A stretch of DNA of 64,000 bases from Burkholderiales bacterium. Its GTDB lineage: Bacteria > Pseudomonadota > Gammaproteobacteria > Burkholderiales > Gallionellaceae. The DNA is taken from positions 423-64,422 of the forward strand of contig JBBQKX010000002.1 of the NCBI GenBank assembly GCA_038327315.1, written 5' to 3'. Below are positions 9,966 to 20,948 of this stretch, piece after piece. Both the position numbers and the translations under genes were made by a program. Below the pieces are notes generated by a model. The model had not been told where the DNA came from and ran no database searches. It saw only the letters and a list, made by a program, of their open reading frames with translations. How positions within the stretch are numbered: the first letter of the stretch is position 1; every line of letters starts with the position of its first letter.

Positions 9966-10770
9966 ATTTTTGACAGATGCTGCAGTAGAAGCTGGAGCGT
10001 TGCCCCTGAGTAATCTGTTTGATAGGTGTGCCACAACGCCTGCAAGGCTCCTTTGCTCGGCCATATACCCAGTAGCTCTGCTGGAAATAGCCGGGCTGTC
10101 CGTTGGAGTTTACAAAGTCACGCAAGGTACTGCCACCTTTCTCTATCGACTCAGCCAGGGTTGTGCGTATCTCGGCGACCAAGTGTACGCAGCGCGGCAA
10201 GCTGAGTTTGCCAGCTGGCAATTGTGGTTTGATACCGCTGCGAAACAGTGACTCATTGGCGTAGATGTTGCCCACCCCCACCACCACATGGTTATCCATC
10301 AGACACTGTTTGATGCTGACCTTGCGACCACGTGTTACGCGGTGCAGATAACGTGCATCGAAATCCGCTTCGAGTGGTTCAGGTCCAAGGCTTGCGAGTA
10401 GTGTGTGTGTACTGATGTCACCTTCGTGCCACAACACTGCTCCGAAACGACGTGGGTCATGCAAACGCATCAGCTTGCCGTTGTCTAACAAAAGATCGAA
10501 GTGGTCATGCAGTTTGATAGGGGCATCCAGAGGCAAGATGCGCAGACTGCCAGACATGCCCAGATGTAGGATCAGCGTGCCAGTACCACAGTCCATCAGC
10601 AGATATTTTGCGCGTCGCGTAAGACGCTTGATTGTCAGGCCCTGTAGTGCAAGCTCGGGGATGGGCCAGCGCAGATTGCGATTGCGTACCACCGTACCCG
10701 TGATTATTGCGTCGGTGACGTGTGGCGCTAAGCCCCGGCGCGTTGTCTCTACCTCAGGTAATTCAGGCAC
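9964..10770 (-). CDS. mutM: Formamidopyrimidine-DNA glycosylase
   Basis: N-terminal PELPEVE (GTG 10770), HLGMSG, GNIYANE, C-terminal CRRC..CSIC zinc finger. Confidence 0.97.
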   Translation of the reverse strand: MPELPEVETTRRGLAPHVTDAIITGTVVRNRNLRWPIPELALQGLTIKRLTRRAKYLLMDCGTGTLILHLGMSGSLRILPLDAPIKLHDHFDLLLDNGKLMRLHDPRRFGAVLWHEGDISTHTLLASLGPEPLEADFDARYLHRVTRGRKVSIKQCLMDNHVVVGVGNIYANESLFRSGIKPQLPAGKLSLPRCVHLVAEIRTTLAESIEKGGSTLRDFVNSNGQPGYFQQSYWVYGRAKEPCRRCGTPIKQITQGQRSSFYCSICQK

Positions 10771-12097
10771 GGCGGCGTTTCCACCACAGCAATACACCCC
10801 ATGCGGATAGTAATAACGGTAGTACCACGACAAAGCCGAGTCCGATGATGGCGAGTTGGTTCTTGCTCAGACTGATGCTGCTGTCTTTGCTGCTACGAGG
10901 CTGCAGGGTGATGAGGTGCTCCTCGCCAGCCAGCCAGTTCACCATGTTCAATCCTAGGTCGACGTTGCCGCCGTTACCCGCAAAGCTATTCGACAGAAAG
11001 GCTGCATCGCCGACCACGACAATGCGTTGCTCCCTATCAGCGATGTTGCGTTGCAAGGCGCTGGCGATGATGACAGGGCCAGGGATGTCATGCGCTTTAT
11101 CAAACTTGCCCTTGCCGCTACGGCTCACCCAGCCGCGATTGGCAGCTTCGACTAAAACATGACGTTGCCATTCCTTGTCTTCGTTCCATGTCAGCGGACG
11201 CGCTTTTGGGAAGGCGGTGATGAGATCAAAATTGCGTGTGATGGGGTGTGGTGTATAGGATGCACCTATGGCCCAATCCGTTGGCGCACGCATTTGTTCG
11301 GCGGCGGGATCGATGACGGTGCCGGGAGGTAGGATCAAGCCCAATTTTTCAGCTAGCGGTTCTAGGCCGCGTAAGGCTTCTGCATCCAGGAGCCATAAAA
11401 GATTGCCACCCTTGTCGACATAACGTAGCAGTTTGTCTACTTCACCCGGCATCATTTCGGTCTGCGGCTGGGTGATGACCAGCATGCTGGTATTGGCAGG
11501 GACTTCTTGGGTCAGCGCGAGGTTGAGGCTACCGATTTTGTAACCATTCTGCTTCAGCTTGGCACCAAACGGTATGCCCAGATCAAAGTTGGCTATACCG
11601 TCTAATTTACGTTCGCCATGGCCGCTCAAATACATCACCAGTTGCGACTGAGTGTGTGCCATGCGTAACAAGGTGCTGGACACCACTTGTTCATTGATCT
11701 GGGTGATATGTTCGGTACGGCCGGCATATTCGACAATCAGTTCGCCATTGAGTTGAATATTGGCTGCACGCGCGAGTTCAGGTTCCTTCTGAGGGTCGAC
11801 GAACACGACGTCCATATCTTTCTTGTAGCGCTGATACAGGGAGAGGAACTCGCGAATGATCTTGCGCACGTTGCCCTGACGGGCGTCATCTTCGGTCGCA
11901 TAGACCGTGATTTTAAGGGGGCCGTTGAGTTGTTCGATGACCTCTATGCTGGCCTCGGCCAGACTATTACTGGCGGCGTAGGTCATGTCCTTCTGCAAGG
12001 GGTGATGGCTAGCCAGATAGTACAAGCCGGTTGCGCTGACGATAATCAGCAGAGTGACCAGAAGATTATTCAGCGTTCTGTTGTTAGGAATCTTCAT
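10763..12097 (-). CDS. GldG-like ABC transporter auxiliary component
   Basis: N- and C-terminal TM helices, [26 protein letters not shown]. Confidence 0.8.
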   Translation of the reverse strand: MKIPNNRTLNNLLVTLLIIVSATGLYYLASHHPLQKDMTYAASNSLAEASIEVIEQLNGPLKITVYATEDDARQGNVRKIIREFLSLYQRYKKDMDVVFVDPQKEPELARAANIQLNGELIVEYAGRTEHITQINEQVVSSTLLRMAHTQSQLVMYLSGHGERKLDGIANFDLGIPFGAKLKQNGYKIGSLNLALTQEVPANTSMLVITQPQTEMMPGEVDKLLRYVDKGGNLLWLLDAEALRGLEPLAEKLGLILPPGTVIDPAAEQMRAPTDWAIGASYTPHPITRNFDLITAFPKARPLTWNEDKEWQRHVLVEAANRGWVSRSGKGKFDKAHDIPGPVIIASALQRNIADREQRIVVVGDAAFLSNSFAGNGGNVDLGLNMVNWLAGEEHLITLQPRSSKDSSISLSKNQLAIIGLGFVVVLPLLLSAWGVLLWWKRRRA

Positions 12098-12100
12098 GGT

Positions 12101-12844
12101 TTATCCGTAGATGCGGTTGTTGTTTAGTCGCTTCATGGTCAGCAACAGGAACACAGTACTGAATAGGATGAAGTAGGCAGCATCTCCACTGTCCATCAAG
12201 CCATAGTTGAAATTTTGAAAGTGGAACAAGGGCGAGAGTTGATGCCAGGGAGCCTCTGCGCTACTACTGCTGATATCGATCAGCCACAAGCCGAGCAGTG
12301 CAGCCAAGGCGCCTATGGCGGCAATGATGGGCTGTGTGGTAAGCGACGAGATATAAAGGCCCAAGGATGCATAGCAACAGGTGAGCATGAATAACCCGAT
12401 TACATTCGACCATAACAGGCCGTGGTCCAGTGGTGTGCCCATCTGCAAGGTGTAGAGCATCAGCGGTGCTGTCACGATCAATATGGCAAGGAACATCATC
12501 AGCCCTAGGAATTTGCCCAGCACAATCTGCGCGCTTGATAAGGGAGAGGACAGTAGTAGTGCCAAGGTCTGGTTGCGGCGCTCTTCTGCAATCAAACGCA
12601 TGGTAAACATTGGGATCAGCATCATCAGGAGTAGTGCGATGACGTTGAATAAGGGTGCGGCAATGCTGGCGGTTACGCCGGGTGCGTTGGCGATTTGGGC
12701 GAGCTGGGGTTGTATCTCCAGAAAAGCATCCAGCCGCGCGAGGAAGAACCAAGCGAAGATGAATTGGATCGCGGCCAGCACGAACCAAGTCGAGGGCATG
12801 GACAGCAGGGAACGAAATTCACGCAGAGCGATGACACGTATCAT
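12101..12844 (-). CDS. ABC-2 permease (GldF-like)
   Basis: TMRLIAEERRNQTLALLLSSP..IVLGKF, multiple TMs. Confidence 0.88.
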   Translation of the reverse strand: MIRVIALREFRSLLSMPSTWFVLAAIQFIFAWFFLARLDAFLEIQPQLAQIANAPGVTASIAAPLFNVIALLLMMLIPMFTMRLIAEERRNQTLALLLSSPLSSAQIVLGKFLGLMMFLAILIVTAPLMLYTLQMGTPLDHGLLWSNVIGLFMLTCCYASLGLYISSLTTQPIIAAIGALAALLGLWLIDISSSSAEAPWHQLSPLFHFQNFNYGLMDSGDAAYFILFSTVFLLLTMKRLNNNRIYG

Positions 12845-13794
12845 GGTTGTACTCCCGCATTTTGTTCATCGGTAATCTGCACGAACACATCTTCTAGTCT
12901 AGCTTGCAGTGGTGTGAGCTGCTCGAGTTGCCAATCGTGTTGCGCCGCCAGTGTGAGTAACTCGGCGCTGGGGTTATGTTCTACGCTGTGCAGGATGCGG
13001 AATTGATGAGCGTTCACTTGCTCTACTCGACTTACACCGCTGATGCCCTGTATCACACTCAATGCTGGCGGGTTGCGGAAACTGATGGTGAACCCTGATA
13101 TTTGGCCATAGCGCTGCATGCGTGCGCTGGTGTCACCATAGATGAGCTTGCCTTGTTGCATGATTTCGACGCGGTCGCAGATGCTTTCCACTTCACCGAG
13201 CAAATGGGTGGAGAGGATGACGCTATGCTGATTGCCTAACTCGCGTATCAAGGTACGTATCTCGCGTATCTGGCTCGGGTCCAAGCCCACCGTGGGCTCA
13301 TCGAGGATGATCACTGATGGTTGATGGATGATGGCTTGGGCGATGCCCACGCGTTGCTGGTAACCCTTGGATAATGTGCCTATAAGTTGATTGCGTTTCT
13401 CATTCAGTCCGCAGCGCTGCATAGCGAGTGCCAATGCTTCGGGTGCATCCTTGGCAGACATGCCGCGTAAGCGTGCGGCGAAGATGAGGTAGTCATTTAC
13501 ACGTAGTTCGCGATATAACGGCGGGGTCTCGGGTAAATAGCCCAGATGTGCCTTGGCCAGCGTGGGTTGCTTCACCAAGTCTATGCCGCAGATCTCTATT
13601 GTTCCGCTGTCCGGTGTGATGCAGCCTGTCAGCATCTGCATGGTGGTGCTTTTGCCCGCGCCGTTATGACCCAGCAGGCCCAACACCTCGCCGCGTTTCA
13701 ACTGCAGTGAGACGTCGTGTATGACTGTTTGATTGCCGAAACTGCGCTTGAGTTTGCGCGCCGTGAGAGTGATATCGGGTGTGGCGTTAGGCAA
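12841..13794 (-). CDS. ABC transporter ATP-binding protein (GldA-like)
   Basis: GHNGAGKST, LSKGYQQR, ILDEPTVGLD. Confidence 0.9.
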   Translation of the reverse strand: MPNATPDITLTARKLKRSFGNQTVIHDVSLQLKRGEVLGLLGHNGAGKSTTMQMLTGCITPDSGTIEICGIDLVKQPTLAKAHLGYLPETPPLYRELRVNDYLIFAARLRGMSAKDAPEALALAMQRCGLNEKRNQLIGTLSKGYQQRVGIAQAIIHQPSVIILDEPTVGLDPSQIREIRTLIRELGNQHSVILSTHLLGEVESICDRVEIMQQGKLIYGDTSARMQRYGQISGFTISFRNPPALSVIQGISGVSRVEQVNAHQFRILHSVEHNPSAELLTLAAQHDWQLEQLTPLQARLEDVFVQITDEQNAGVQP

Positions 13795-13875
13795 AGTGAG
13801 TGACTCGTGGTTGTGAAGAGGGCTAAATATAACCTAATATGAGCACCCGCATCAAAATCAAACTCCCTAAGGTTT

Positions 13876-15651
13876 ATGAGCCCCAGCAAATATTTCAAAG
13901 TCACTTTGATCGTTACCAGCCTGCTGTTGACTGCATGCGCCCACGTACCACAACGTGCAGCTGCCGACAGCGCTCCTGTGGTCGCCGAGAATGAGGCGCA
14001 ACAAATCGACGAGAGCACTCCGGTCGTCGAGAAAGAAGATGAGTCTAAGGCCAACTTACCCAAGCAGGAGTTGACCAGTGCTTGGTTGTATGAGTACTTG
14101 CTTACCGAGGTTGCTAATCAACGCGGATACACCGCGCTAGCGGTGAACGGTAGCTTGGAATTAGCCGAGGAGACGCGTGATCCACGCTTGGCTAGACGCG
14201 CGGCGCAGATTGCCTTCGAGTCTGGCGATATGGAAAAATCCGCCCGTGCTTTCAGGCTTTGGCAAGAGCTGGAACCCGAAGCGCCTATGCCTACGCGTAT
14301 CTTGGCATCTATCCTGATGCGCGGTGGCAAGTTGCAAGAGGCTCAGGTGGAATTTGCCAAAATTCTCAAACAAGACGAAGCCAATGCGGGCCAAACATTT
14401 TTACAGATACAGCAGATGTTGCTCAGTTATCCCGATAAGACCGCTGCACTGAAGATGATGCGAGATCTGAGTGCACCCTACCCTAAAGTGCCTGAAGCAC
14501 ATCTGTCGGTCGCGATGTTGGCGCATGCGGCCGGTGATATGAGCTTGGCCTTGGGTGAAGCTAAACAGGCACGCGAACTTCGACCAGACTGGAATGTTGC
14601 TGTGGCACTGGAGGCTGATCTGTTGCAGAAGACTGCACCACAACAAGGTTTGCAAGTTTTGAAAGACTATCTAGCCAAACATGCGGATGCGCACGATATA
14701 CGTTTGCAATATGCACGCGCACTGGTTGAGCAGCAGCAATTTCCGGAAGCACGTGCACAGTTTCAGCATGTCGCTGATAACACCCCAGACAATCCTGATC
14801 TAGCCTTCGCTATCGCACTGCTGTCCTTGCAGATGAAGGATTTTCAAGGTGCAGAGACACAGCTCAAGCTAGCATTGAGCAAGGGTAAGAAAGATACCGA
14901 CAGAGTGCATTATTACCTTGGTCAATTGAGTGAGGCTAAGAAGCAGAATGATGAGGCGCTCACTCACTATCGTGAAGTCAAAGCGGGTGAGCATCTGTTT
15001 GGTGCGCAGATGCGTATTGCCGTGCTGCTAAGCAAGCAGGGTAAGTTAGATGAGGCGCGTCAGGTCTTGCATGAATACCAGCCTATCAATACCGAACAAA
15101 GTGTCCAAGTGGTCTTGATAGAGGCGCAATTGCTGCGCGATGCGAAGCAATATTCACAAGCATATGACTTGTTACAACAGACTTTGCAGAAGTCGCCCAA
15201 TCACACCGTTCTGTTGTACGAGGCTGCAATGATGGCGGATAAGATTGGTAAACACGACATCGCCGAACAGGATTTGCGCAAGCTGATAAAGATTAACCCT
15301 CAGGATGGAAATGCATACAACGCCTTGGGTTATAGCATGCTGGAGCGCAATGTGCGCATACCAGAAGCAATGGAATTAGTTGAGAAAGCATTGCAACTTT
15401 CACCCGATGATCCTTCCATTATGGATAGTGTGGGCTGGGGCTATTACCGCAGCGGCAAGCTGGACCTAAGTGTGGAGATGTTGCGCAAAGCCTATGCTGG
15501 CAACCCAGACCCCGAAATCGCAGCCCATCTGGGCGAAGTGCTGTGGGTGCGTGGCGATAAGGAAGAAGCTAAGCGCGTCTGGAATGACAGTCTTAAAGCA
15601 CATCCCGACAGTGAGTTGCTACAGTCTGTCATCAAGCGATATATCCCCTGA
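13876..15651 (+). CDS. Tetratricopeptide-repeat lipoprotein
   Basis: Lipobox LTAC, multiple TPRs (AYNALGY, DSVGWGYY, HLGEVLW); upstream of lolB. Confidence 0.88.
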   Translation: MSPSKYFKVTLIVTSLLLTACAHVPQRAAADSAPVVAENEAQQIDESTPVVEKEDESKANLPKQELTSAWLYEYLLTEVANQRGYTALAVNGSLELAEETRDPRLARRAAQIAFESGDMEKSARAFRLWQELEPEAPMPTRILASILMRGGKLQEAQVEFAKILKQDEANAGQTFLQIQQMLLSYPDKTAALKMMRDLSAPYPKVPEAHLSVAMLAHAAGDMSLALGEAKQARELRPDWNVAVALEADLLQKTAPQQGLQVLKDYLAKHADAHDIRLQYARALVEQQQFPEARAQFQHVADNTPDNPDLAFAIALLSLQMKDFQGAETQLKLALSKGKKDTDRVHYYLGQLSEAKKQNDEALTHYREVKAGEHLFGAQMRIAVLLSKQGKLDEARQVLHEYQPINTEQSVQVVLIEAQLLRDAKQYSQAYDLLQQTLQKSPNHTVLLYEAAMMADKIGKHDIAEQDLRKLIKINPQDGNAYNALGYSMLERNVRIPEAMELVEKALQLSPDDPSIMDSVGWGYYRSGKLDLSVEMLRKAYAGNPDPEIAAHLGEVLWVRGDKEEAKRVWNDSLKAHPDSELLQSVIKRYIP

Positions 15652-15653
15652 AC

Positions 15654-16211
15654 ATGCGTATTTGGCCTTACCTGTTGCTGCTGGTGTTGAGTGCGTGCGC
15701 CTCCGTACCTAATGTGCATCCTGTTAAAGTCACCGACCGCGAGACCTCGGCCTTCAACATCAACGGGCGTCTGGCGGTGAAACATCTTTCACAAAGACAT
15801 AATGGCGGCTTGCGCTGGCAGCATATGGGTATGCATGACGAGTTGCTGTTGCAGGGCCCGCTGGGCATCACCGGTGCGCGCATCGTCAGCGATGAGCATG
15901 CCGCGAGTCTGGAGCAAAATGGCAAGCGCTACGAGGCTGCTGATGTCGAATCGCTGATGCAGCAGGTGTTGGGCTGGGGCTTACCTTTGCAAGTGTTGCA
16001 TCACTGGTTGTTGGGCGTAGCAGATGCAAGTCTCCCGGTAGAGATAGAGCGTGATGAGTTGGGACGTATCACGGTGATGCATCAAGCAGGTTGGGAAGTG
16101 CGCTACACGCGCTATGTGGATGACAGCGCCCAAAGCCTACCCGCGCGCATCATGCTCAGTCGTACAGATATCCAAGTGCAATTATTGATAGACGAATGGG
16201 AGTGGCCATGA
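15654..16211 (+). CDS. lolB: Outer-membrane lipoprotein insertase LolB
   Basis: Lipobox LSAC, GPLG, LGWGLP..L.HW, position before ispE. Confidence 0.9.
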   Translation: MRIWPYLLLLVLSACASVPNVHPVKVTDRETSAFNINGRLAVKHLSQRHNGGLRWQHMGMHDELLLQGPLGITGARIVSDEHAASLEQNGKRYEAADVESLMQQVLGWGLPLQVLHHWLLGVADASLPVEIERDELGRITVMHQAGWEVRYTRYVDDSAQSLPARIMLSRTDIQVQLLIDEWEWP

Positions 16212-17086
16212 AGCCCACACGTCTGAGTTGTCCTGCGCCTGCCAAGTTGAATCTGTTCCTACATATCACTGGTCGTCGTGCGGACGGATACCATCTCTTG
16301 CAGACCTTGTTTCGCTTCATAGATCTGCATGACACGCTGCACTTCGATATGCGTACTGATGCTGTAGTGCATCGCGTTAATGCCATCGAAGGTGTGGAAG
16401 CTGAGCAAGATCTGTGTGTGCGTGCAGCGCGGCTGTTGCAGCAGGAGACGGGTTGTCAGCTGGGTGTGGACATCAATTTAGAGAAGCGCATCCCTATGGG
16501 TGGCGGCTTGGGCGGCGGCAGCTCGGATGCTGCAACCACTTTATTGGCTCTGAATAAGTTATGGGATTTGGGTATAGGGCGAGAGCGACTGATGCAACTC
16601 GGGCTGAGCCTAGGTGCCGATGTGCCTGTGTTCGTGTTCGGCCAGAGTGCATTTGCTGAGGGAGTGGGGGAGGAATTACAGGCATTTCCTATGCCAGCGA
16701 CTTGGTATGTCGTGCTATTCCCCCCCGTGCATGTACCGACTGCAAAAATTTTTACGCATAGTGAATTGACACGGGATTCGGTTTCCATCACAATGCGCGC
16801 CCTCTCGATATGGCAGACGAAACACGGCTCTGAAACGTCGGGATTGCAACTGCGAAATGATCTGCAAGCTGTGGTGTGTAAGTTATACCCCGAGGTTGCG
16901 CGTCACATTGATCTGCTGGGCCTATATGGCGCTGCGATGATGACAGGATCTGGAGCATGTGTGTTTGCCGAGTTTGCGACTCGGGAGGATGCACAAAGCG
17001 CATTGAGCGCATTACAGCAAGCGCACCAAATGTGTGGTGTAGTTACACAAGGTTTAATGAAACATCCGTTGCATGATTGGGTGTGA
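16208..17086 (+). CDS. ispE: 4-diphosphocytidyl-2-C-methyl-D-erythritol kinase
   Basis: PAPAKLNLFLHI, IPMGGGLGGGSSDAA, MTGSGACVF. Confidence 0.97.
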   Translation: MKPTRLSCPAPAKLNLFLHITGRRADGYHLLQTLFRFIDLHDTLHFDMRTDAVVHRVNAIEGVEAEQDLCVRAARLLQQETGCQLGVDINLEKRIPMGGGLGGGSSDAATTLLALNKLWDLGIGRERLMQLGLSLGADVPVFVFGQSAFAEGVGEELQAFPMPATWYVVLFPPVHVPTAKIFTHSELTRDSVSITMRALSIWQTKHGSETSGLQLRNDLQAVVCKLYPEVARHIDLLGLYGAAMMTGSGACVFAEFATREDAQSALSALQQAHQMCGVVTQGLMKHPLHDWV

Positions 17087-17096
17087 AGTAGTTTAT

Positions 17097-17171
17097 TGGG
17101 GAGTCGCCAAGTGGTAAGGCACCGGATTTTGATTCCGGCATTCGTAGGTTCGATCCCTACCTCCTCAGCCA
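17097..17171 (+). tRNA. tRNA-Gln (TTG)
   Basis: Cloverleaf TGGGGAG...CTCCTCA-G-CCA; anticodon arm CCGGA-TTTTGAT-TCCGG; usual ispE-tRNA-prs context. Confidence 0.96.
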
Positions 17172-17287
17172 AATGCAGTAACGCTGCAACTCGTTCACTA
17201 CAGTGGACACTGGTCTTGCGATAGCAAGCGAGTTACAGTTCAATTCTTGGGCGTGTGCCCTAAATGTTTTGATAAAAGGGAGCACAC

Positions 17288-18238
17288 GTGTCCAACGACA
17301 GCTTGATGGTATTCACCGGTAATGCCAATCCTAAGCTCGCTGAAGCAGTCACGCAGCATCTACATATCCCTCTGGGTCGTGCCAATGTAGGCCGCTTCTC
17401 AGATGGCGAAGTGATGGTTGAGCTGTTGGAGAACGTGCGCGGCAAAGACGTGTTCGTGCTGCAATCGACCTGTGCCCCGACCAATGATAGTTTGATGGAA
17501 GTGATGGTCATGGTGGATGCGCTCAAGCGCGCTTCCGCAGGCCGTATAACTGCTGCGATGCCGTATTTTGGCTATGCACGCCAGGATAGACGCCCTCGTT
17601 CAGCACGTGTTGCCATTACAGCTAAAGTGGTCGCAGACATGTTGACTGGCGCGGGTGTGAATCGTTTGTTGACTATGGATCTGCACTCAGATCAGATCCA
17701 AGGTTTCTTCGATATTCCAGTAGATAATATTTACGCCAGTCCAATTTTGTTGTCGGATGTGTGGAAAAATGACTACCCCAACCTGATCGTGGTTTCACCT
17801 GACGTAGGTGGTGTAGTGCGTGCACGTGCGCTGGCGAAGCAGTTGGATGCGGACTTGGCAATCATAGACAAGCGTCGCCCTAAGCCTAATGTTGCCAAGG
17901 TGATGAACATCATCGGTGACGTAGTAGGTCGTACCTGCATCATCATGGATGATATGGTTGATACTGCAAATACACTGTGCGAAGCAGCGAATGCGCTTAA
18001 AGAGCGCGGTGCTACACGTGTATTGGCTTACTGTACGCATCCAGTGTTGTCTGGTCCTGCGATCGAGCGCATCGAAAAGTCTGCGATGGACGAGTTGGTT
18101 GTCACAGATACCATCCCGTTAAGCGAAGCAGGACGCAACTGCAAAAAGATCCGTCAGTTGAGTACAGCAGAACTGTTGGCCGAGACCATACGCCGTATCA
18201 ATAGCGAAGAGTCGGTTAGCTCCCTGTTCGCTGAGTAA
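17288..18238 (+). CDS. prs: Ribose-phosphate pyrophosphokinase
   Basis: [27 protein letters not shown]. Confidence 0.97.
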   Translation: MSNDSLMVFTGNANPKLAEAVTQHLHIPLGRANVGRFSDGEVMVELLENVRGKDVFVLQSTCAPTNDSLMEVMVMVDALKRASAGRITAAMPYFGYARQDRRPRSARVAITAKVVADMLTGAGVNRLLTMDLHSDQIQGFFDIPVDNIYASPILLSDVWKNDYPNLIVVSPDVGGVVRARALAKQLDADLAIIDKRRPKPNVAKVMNIIGDVVGRTCIIMDDMVDTANTLCEAANALKERGATRVLAYCTHPVLSGPAIERIEKSAMDELVVTDTIPLSEAGRNCKKIRQLSTAELLAETIRRINSEESVSSLFAE

Positions 18239-18316
18239 AAGTTTTCGCGGTGATCGTTTTGGTCGCCGCATTTTTGTATTGTCTGGTCGCGGACGATACT
18301 GTTTTTGGAGAAGTAA

Positions 18317-18949
18317 ATGACTATCGAAATCAATGCAACAATTCGTAATACGCAAGGTACGGGTGCGAGCCGCCGTCTGCGTCACACCGGCCGCGTGCCA
18401 GGTGTGGTGTATGGCTTAGGTGATGCAGTCACACTTGACATCGATCACAACGAGATTTATCACAAGCTGCGCTCAGAAGAATTTCATGCATCCGTGCTGG
18501 ATCTGAACTTGGCTGGTAAGAAAGAACCGGTGATGTTGCGCGCATTCGTGATGCACCCTTTCCGTCAACAAGTGATGCACCTAGATTTCCAACGTGTGGA
18601 TATGAAGAAGAAGATGCACATCAAGGTGCCATTGCACTTCCTGAACCAAGACACAGCGCCTGGCGTTAAAGCCGGCGGTAAGATCAGCCACGTGCTGAAC
18701 GAACTGGAAGTCGCTTGTTTACCTAAGGATCTTCCTACATTCATCGAGATCGATCTGGGTGGTTTGGCTTTGGGCCACACAGTTCACGTAGCTGACGTTA
18801 AGTTGCCAGCGGGTGTAGAGATTGCTGGTCACCATCATGCTGCTGATGCGGTTGCTGTGGTTCAAGTGCCACGCGGTGTAGTTGAAGCAGTTGCAGCTGA
18901 TGCAGAAGCAGCACCTGCTGCTGCAGCAGCACCCGCTGCCAAGAAGTAA
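18317..18949 (+). CDS. rplY: 50S ribosomal protein L25 / Ctc
   Basis: GTGASRRLR...VPGVVYG, HLDFQRV. Confidence 0.96.
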   Translation: MTIEINATIRNTQGTGASRRLRHTGRVPGVVYGLGDAVTLDIDHNEIYHKLRSEEFHASVLDLNLAGKKEPVMLRAFVMHPFRQQVMHLDFQRVDMKKKMHIKVPLHFLNQDTAPGVKAGGKISHVLNELEVACLPKDLPTFIEIDLGGLALGHTVHVADVKLPAGVEIAGHHHAADAVAVVQVPRGVVEAVAADAEAAPAAAAAPAAKK

Positions 18950-18961
18950 TCAGTAAAAAAT

Positions 18962-18998
18962 AAGAGCCCGCCAGTGCGTATCAGCATGGCGGGCTTTT
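18962..18998 (+). terminator. Intrinsic terminator after rplY
   Basis: AGCCCGCCA...TGGCGGGCT followed by TTT. Confidence 0.8.
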
Positions 18999-19011
18999 GC
19001 ATTTATAGGCT

Positions 19012-19587
19012 ATGAGCTCGATACGTTTAATAGTGGGTCTGGGCAATCCCGGACGCGAATATGAAGACACACGCCACAACGTCGGTTTCTGGTGGGTGAA
19101 TGAATTGGCGCGTCAGCATAAGTTGAACTTCAATAGTGAAGCGAAGTTCCACGGCCTGACCGCACGTGGCAATCTACATGGGCATGAATTGTGGTTACTC
19201 AAGCCGCAGACCTTCATGAATGTGAGTGGTCGCGCGGTTGGGGCACTGGCGCAGTTTTATAAAATCTTGCCCGCCGAAATTTTAGTGGTGCATGACGAAC
19301 TCGATTTGTCGCCAGGAGTGGCGAAGCTCAAAATGGGCGGTGGACACGGTGGTCACAATGGTTTGAAGGACATCATCGCGCATCTGGGCACCAAAGACTT
19401 CTGGCGCTTGCGAGTAGGTATAGGCCATCCGGGTGAACGCACTGAAGTAAGCAACTATGTGCTGAACGATCCGCGCCGCGAAGAGCGTGAGTTAATCGAT
19501 GCGGCGATGGATAAGTCGCAGCACGTCGCGCACCTTATCATTGAAGGCAAAATGGAAGCTGCGATGTTGAAGCTGCATAGCAATTAG
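19012..19587 (+). CDS. pth: Peptidyl-tRNA hydrolase
   Basis: [29 protein letters not shown]. Confidence 0.97.
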   Translation: MSSIRLIVGLGNPGREYEDTRHNVGFWWVNELARQHKLNFNSEAKFHGLTARGNLHGHELWLLKPQTFMNVSGRAVGALAQFYKILPAEILVVHDELDLSPGVAKLKMGGGHGGHNGLKDIIAHLGTKDFWRLRVGIGHPGERTEVSNYVLNDPRREERELIDAAMDKSQHVAHLIIEGKMEAAMLKLHSN

Positions 19588-19666
19588 GATGCAGGAAAAT
19601 GCTGATGCACAGCTTCTAATTGGCTGCTAAATCACACTTCCTGAATCCAAATTTAAGGAGAAACAC

Positions 19667-20758
19667 ATGAGTTTGAAATGCGGTATCGTCGGTCTGCCTA
19701 ACGTAGGCAAATCCACATTGTTCAATGCGCTAACCAAGGCAGGCATCGCTGCGGAGAACTATCCCTTTTGTACCATAGAGCCGAACACAGGCATCGTGGA
19801 AGTGCCTGATCCGCGCATGGACGCGTTGGCCAAGATCGTTAAGCCACAACGCATGCAGCCGGCTATCGTCGAGTTCGTCGATATAGCAGGTTTGGTGGCA
19901 GGCGCTTCCAAAGGTGAAGGTCTGGGTAATCAGTTTCTTGCCAACATCCGTGAGACCGATGCTATCGTCAACGTGGTGCGCTGCTTCGATGATGAGAACG
20001 TGATCCACGTAGCGGGCAAGGTGGATCCCCTGTCCGATATCGAAGTTATCCTGACTGAATTGGCATTGGCCGATATGGCGGTGGTTGAGCGTACTTTGCA
20101 TCGCGATACTAAAAAGGCGCGCTCGGGTGACAAGGATGCTCAGAAGCTGGTCGTTATCTTAGAAAAGCTATTACCCCATCTGAATGAGGGCAAACCTGCA
20201 CGCACGATGAACTTCAGCGAAGAAGAGAAGCTCGCGCTCAAGCCCTTGTGTATGCTCACCATCAAGCCTGCGATGTATGTAGGTAATGTCTTGGAAGATG
20301 GCTTCGAGAACAATCCACATCTGGATCGCTTGCGTGAACACGCGGCCAAAGAAGGCGCGCCTGTTGTTGCCCTCTGCGCCAAGATCGAAGCTGAATTGGC
20401 CGATCTGGACGATGCCGACAAGATGGATTTCCTTTCCGAGATGGGCTTAGAAGAACCCGGCCTGAATCGCCTCATCCGTACAGGTTATGAATTGCTAGGT
20501 CTGCAAACTTATTTCACGGCAGGCGTAAAAGAAGTGCGTGCTTGGACTATCCATAAGGGTGATACCGCTCCCCAAGCAGCTGGTGTCATTCACACCGACT
20601 TCGAACGCGGCTTCATCCGTGCGCAAACCATTGCCTACGAAGATTTCATCGCCTGTGGTGGCGAAGCGGGTGCAAAGGAAAAAGGCAAACTGCGTGTAGA
20701 GGGTAAAGAGTATGTAGTGCAAGACGGCGATGTACTTAACTTCTTGTTCAACGTCTAA
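19667..20758 (+). CDS. ychF: Redox-regulated ATPase YchF
   Basis: [29 protein letters not shown]-terminal TGS domain. Confidence 0.98.
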   Translation: MSLKCGIVGLPNVGKSTLFNALTKAGIAAENYPFCTIEPNTGIVEVPDPRMDALAKIVKPQRMQPAIVEFVDIAGLVAGASKGEGLGNQFLANIRETDAIVNVVRCFDDENVIHVAGKVDPLSDIEVILTELALADMAVVERTLHRDTKKARSGDKDAQKLVVILEKLLPHLNEGKPARTMNFSEEEKLALKPLCMLTIKPAMYVGNVLEDGFENNPHLDRLREHAAKEGAPVVALCAKIEAELADLDDADKMDFLSEMGLEEPGLNRLIRTGYELLGLQTYFTAGVKEVRAWTIHKGDTAPQAAGVIHTDFERGFIRAQTIAYEDFIACGGEAGAKEKGKLRVEGKEYVVQDGDVLNFLFNV

Positions 20759-20839
20759 GCAACCGCATTAGCAATCGCTTGCTATGTTTTTAAGTGAGCA
20801 ACAAAAAAGGAATGTGAGTACACATTCCTTTTTTGTTGG
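20377..20839 (+). repeat. Direct repeat copy 1 (ychF 3' end plus terminator)
   Basis: Aligns with 25605-26066 at an offset of 5228 bp. Confidence 0.97.
20799..20838. terminator. Bidirectional terminator after ychF
   Basis: CAACAAAAAAGGAATGTG-AGTA-CACATTCCTTTTTTGTTG, perfect 18-bp stem. Confidence 0.9.
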
Positions 20840-20948
20840 TTGCCTGATTAAGCTGCTACGAGTGTTGAAATTTCAGTTACGTGGACATTGCGGCCTGAGG
20901 CAGAAACTCGCCCGAAGCGAAAATTCAGGAAACATGCGCAACTTACGC

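Noticed and set aside
9051-10064. 337-aa phosphatase with N-terminal RMQDAGC repeats (also ORF 9854-10045)
   Set aside because: Read-through of the heptamer repeat overlapping mutM; the signal peptide begins at ATG 9878
10763-13794. Gliding motility system
   Set aside because: GldAFG-like ABC sets are widespread in non-gliding bacteria; no T9SS or other gld genes present
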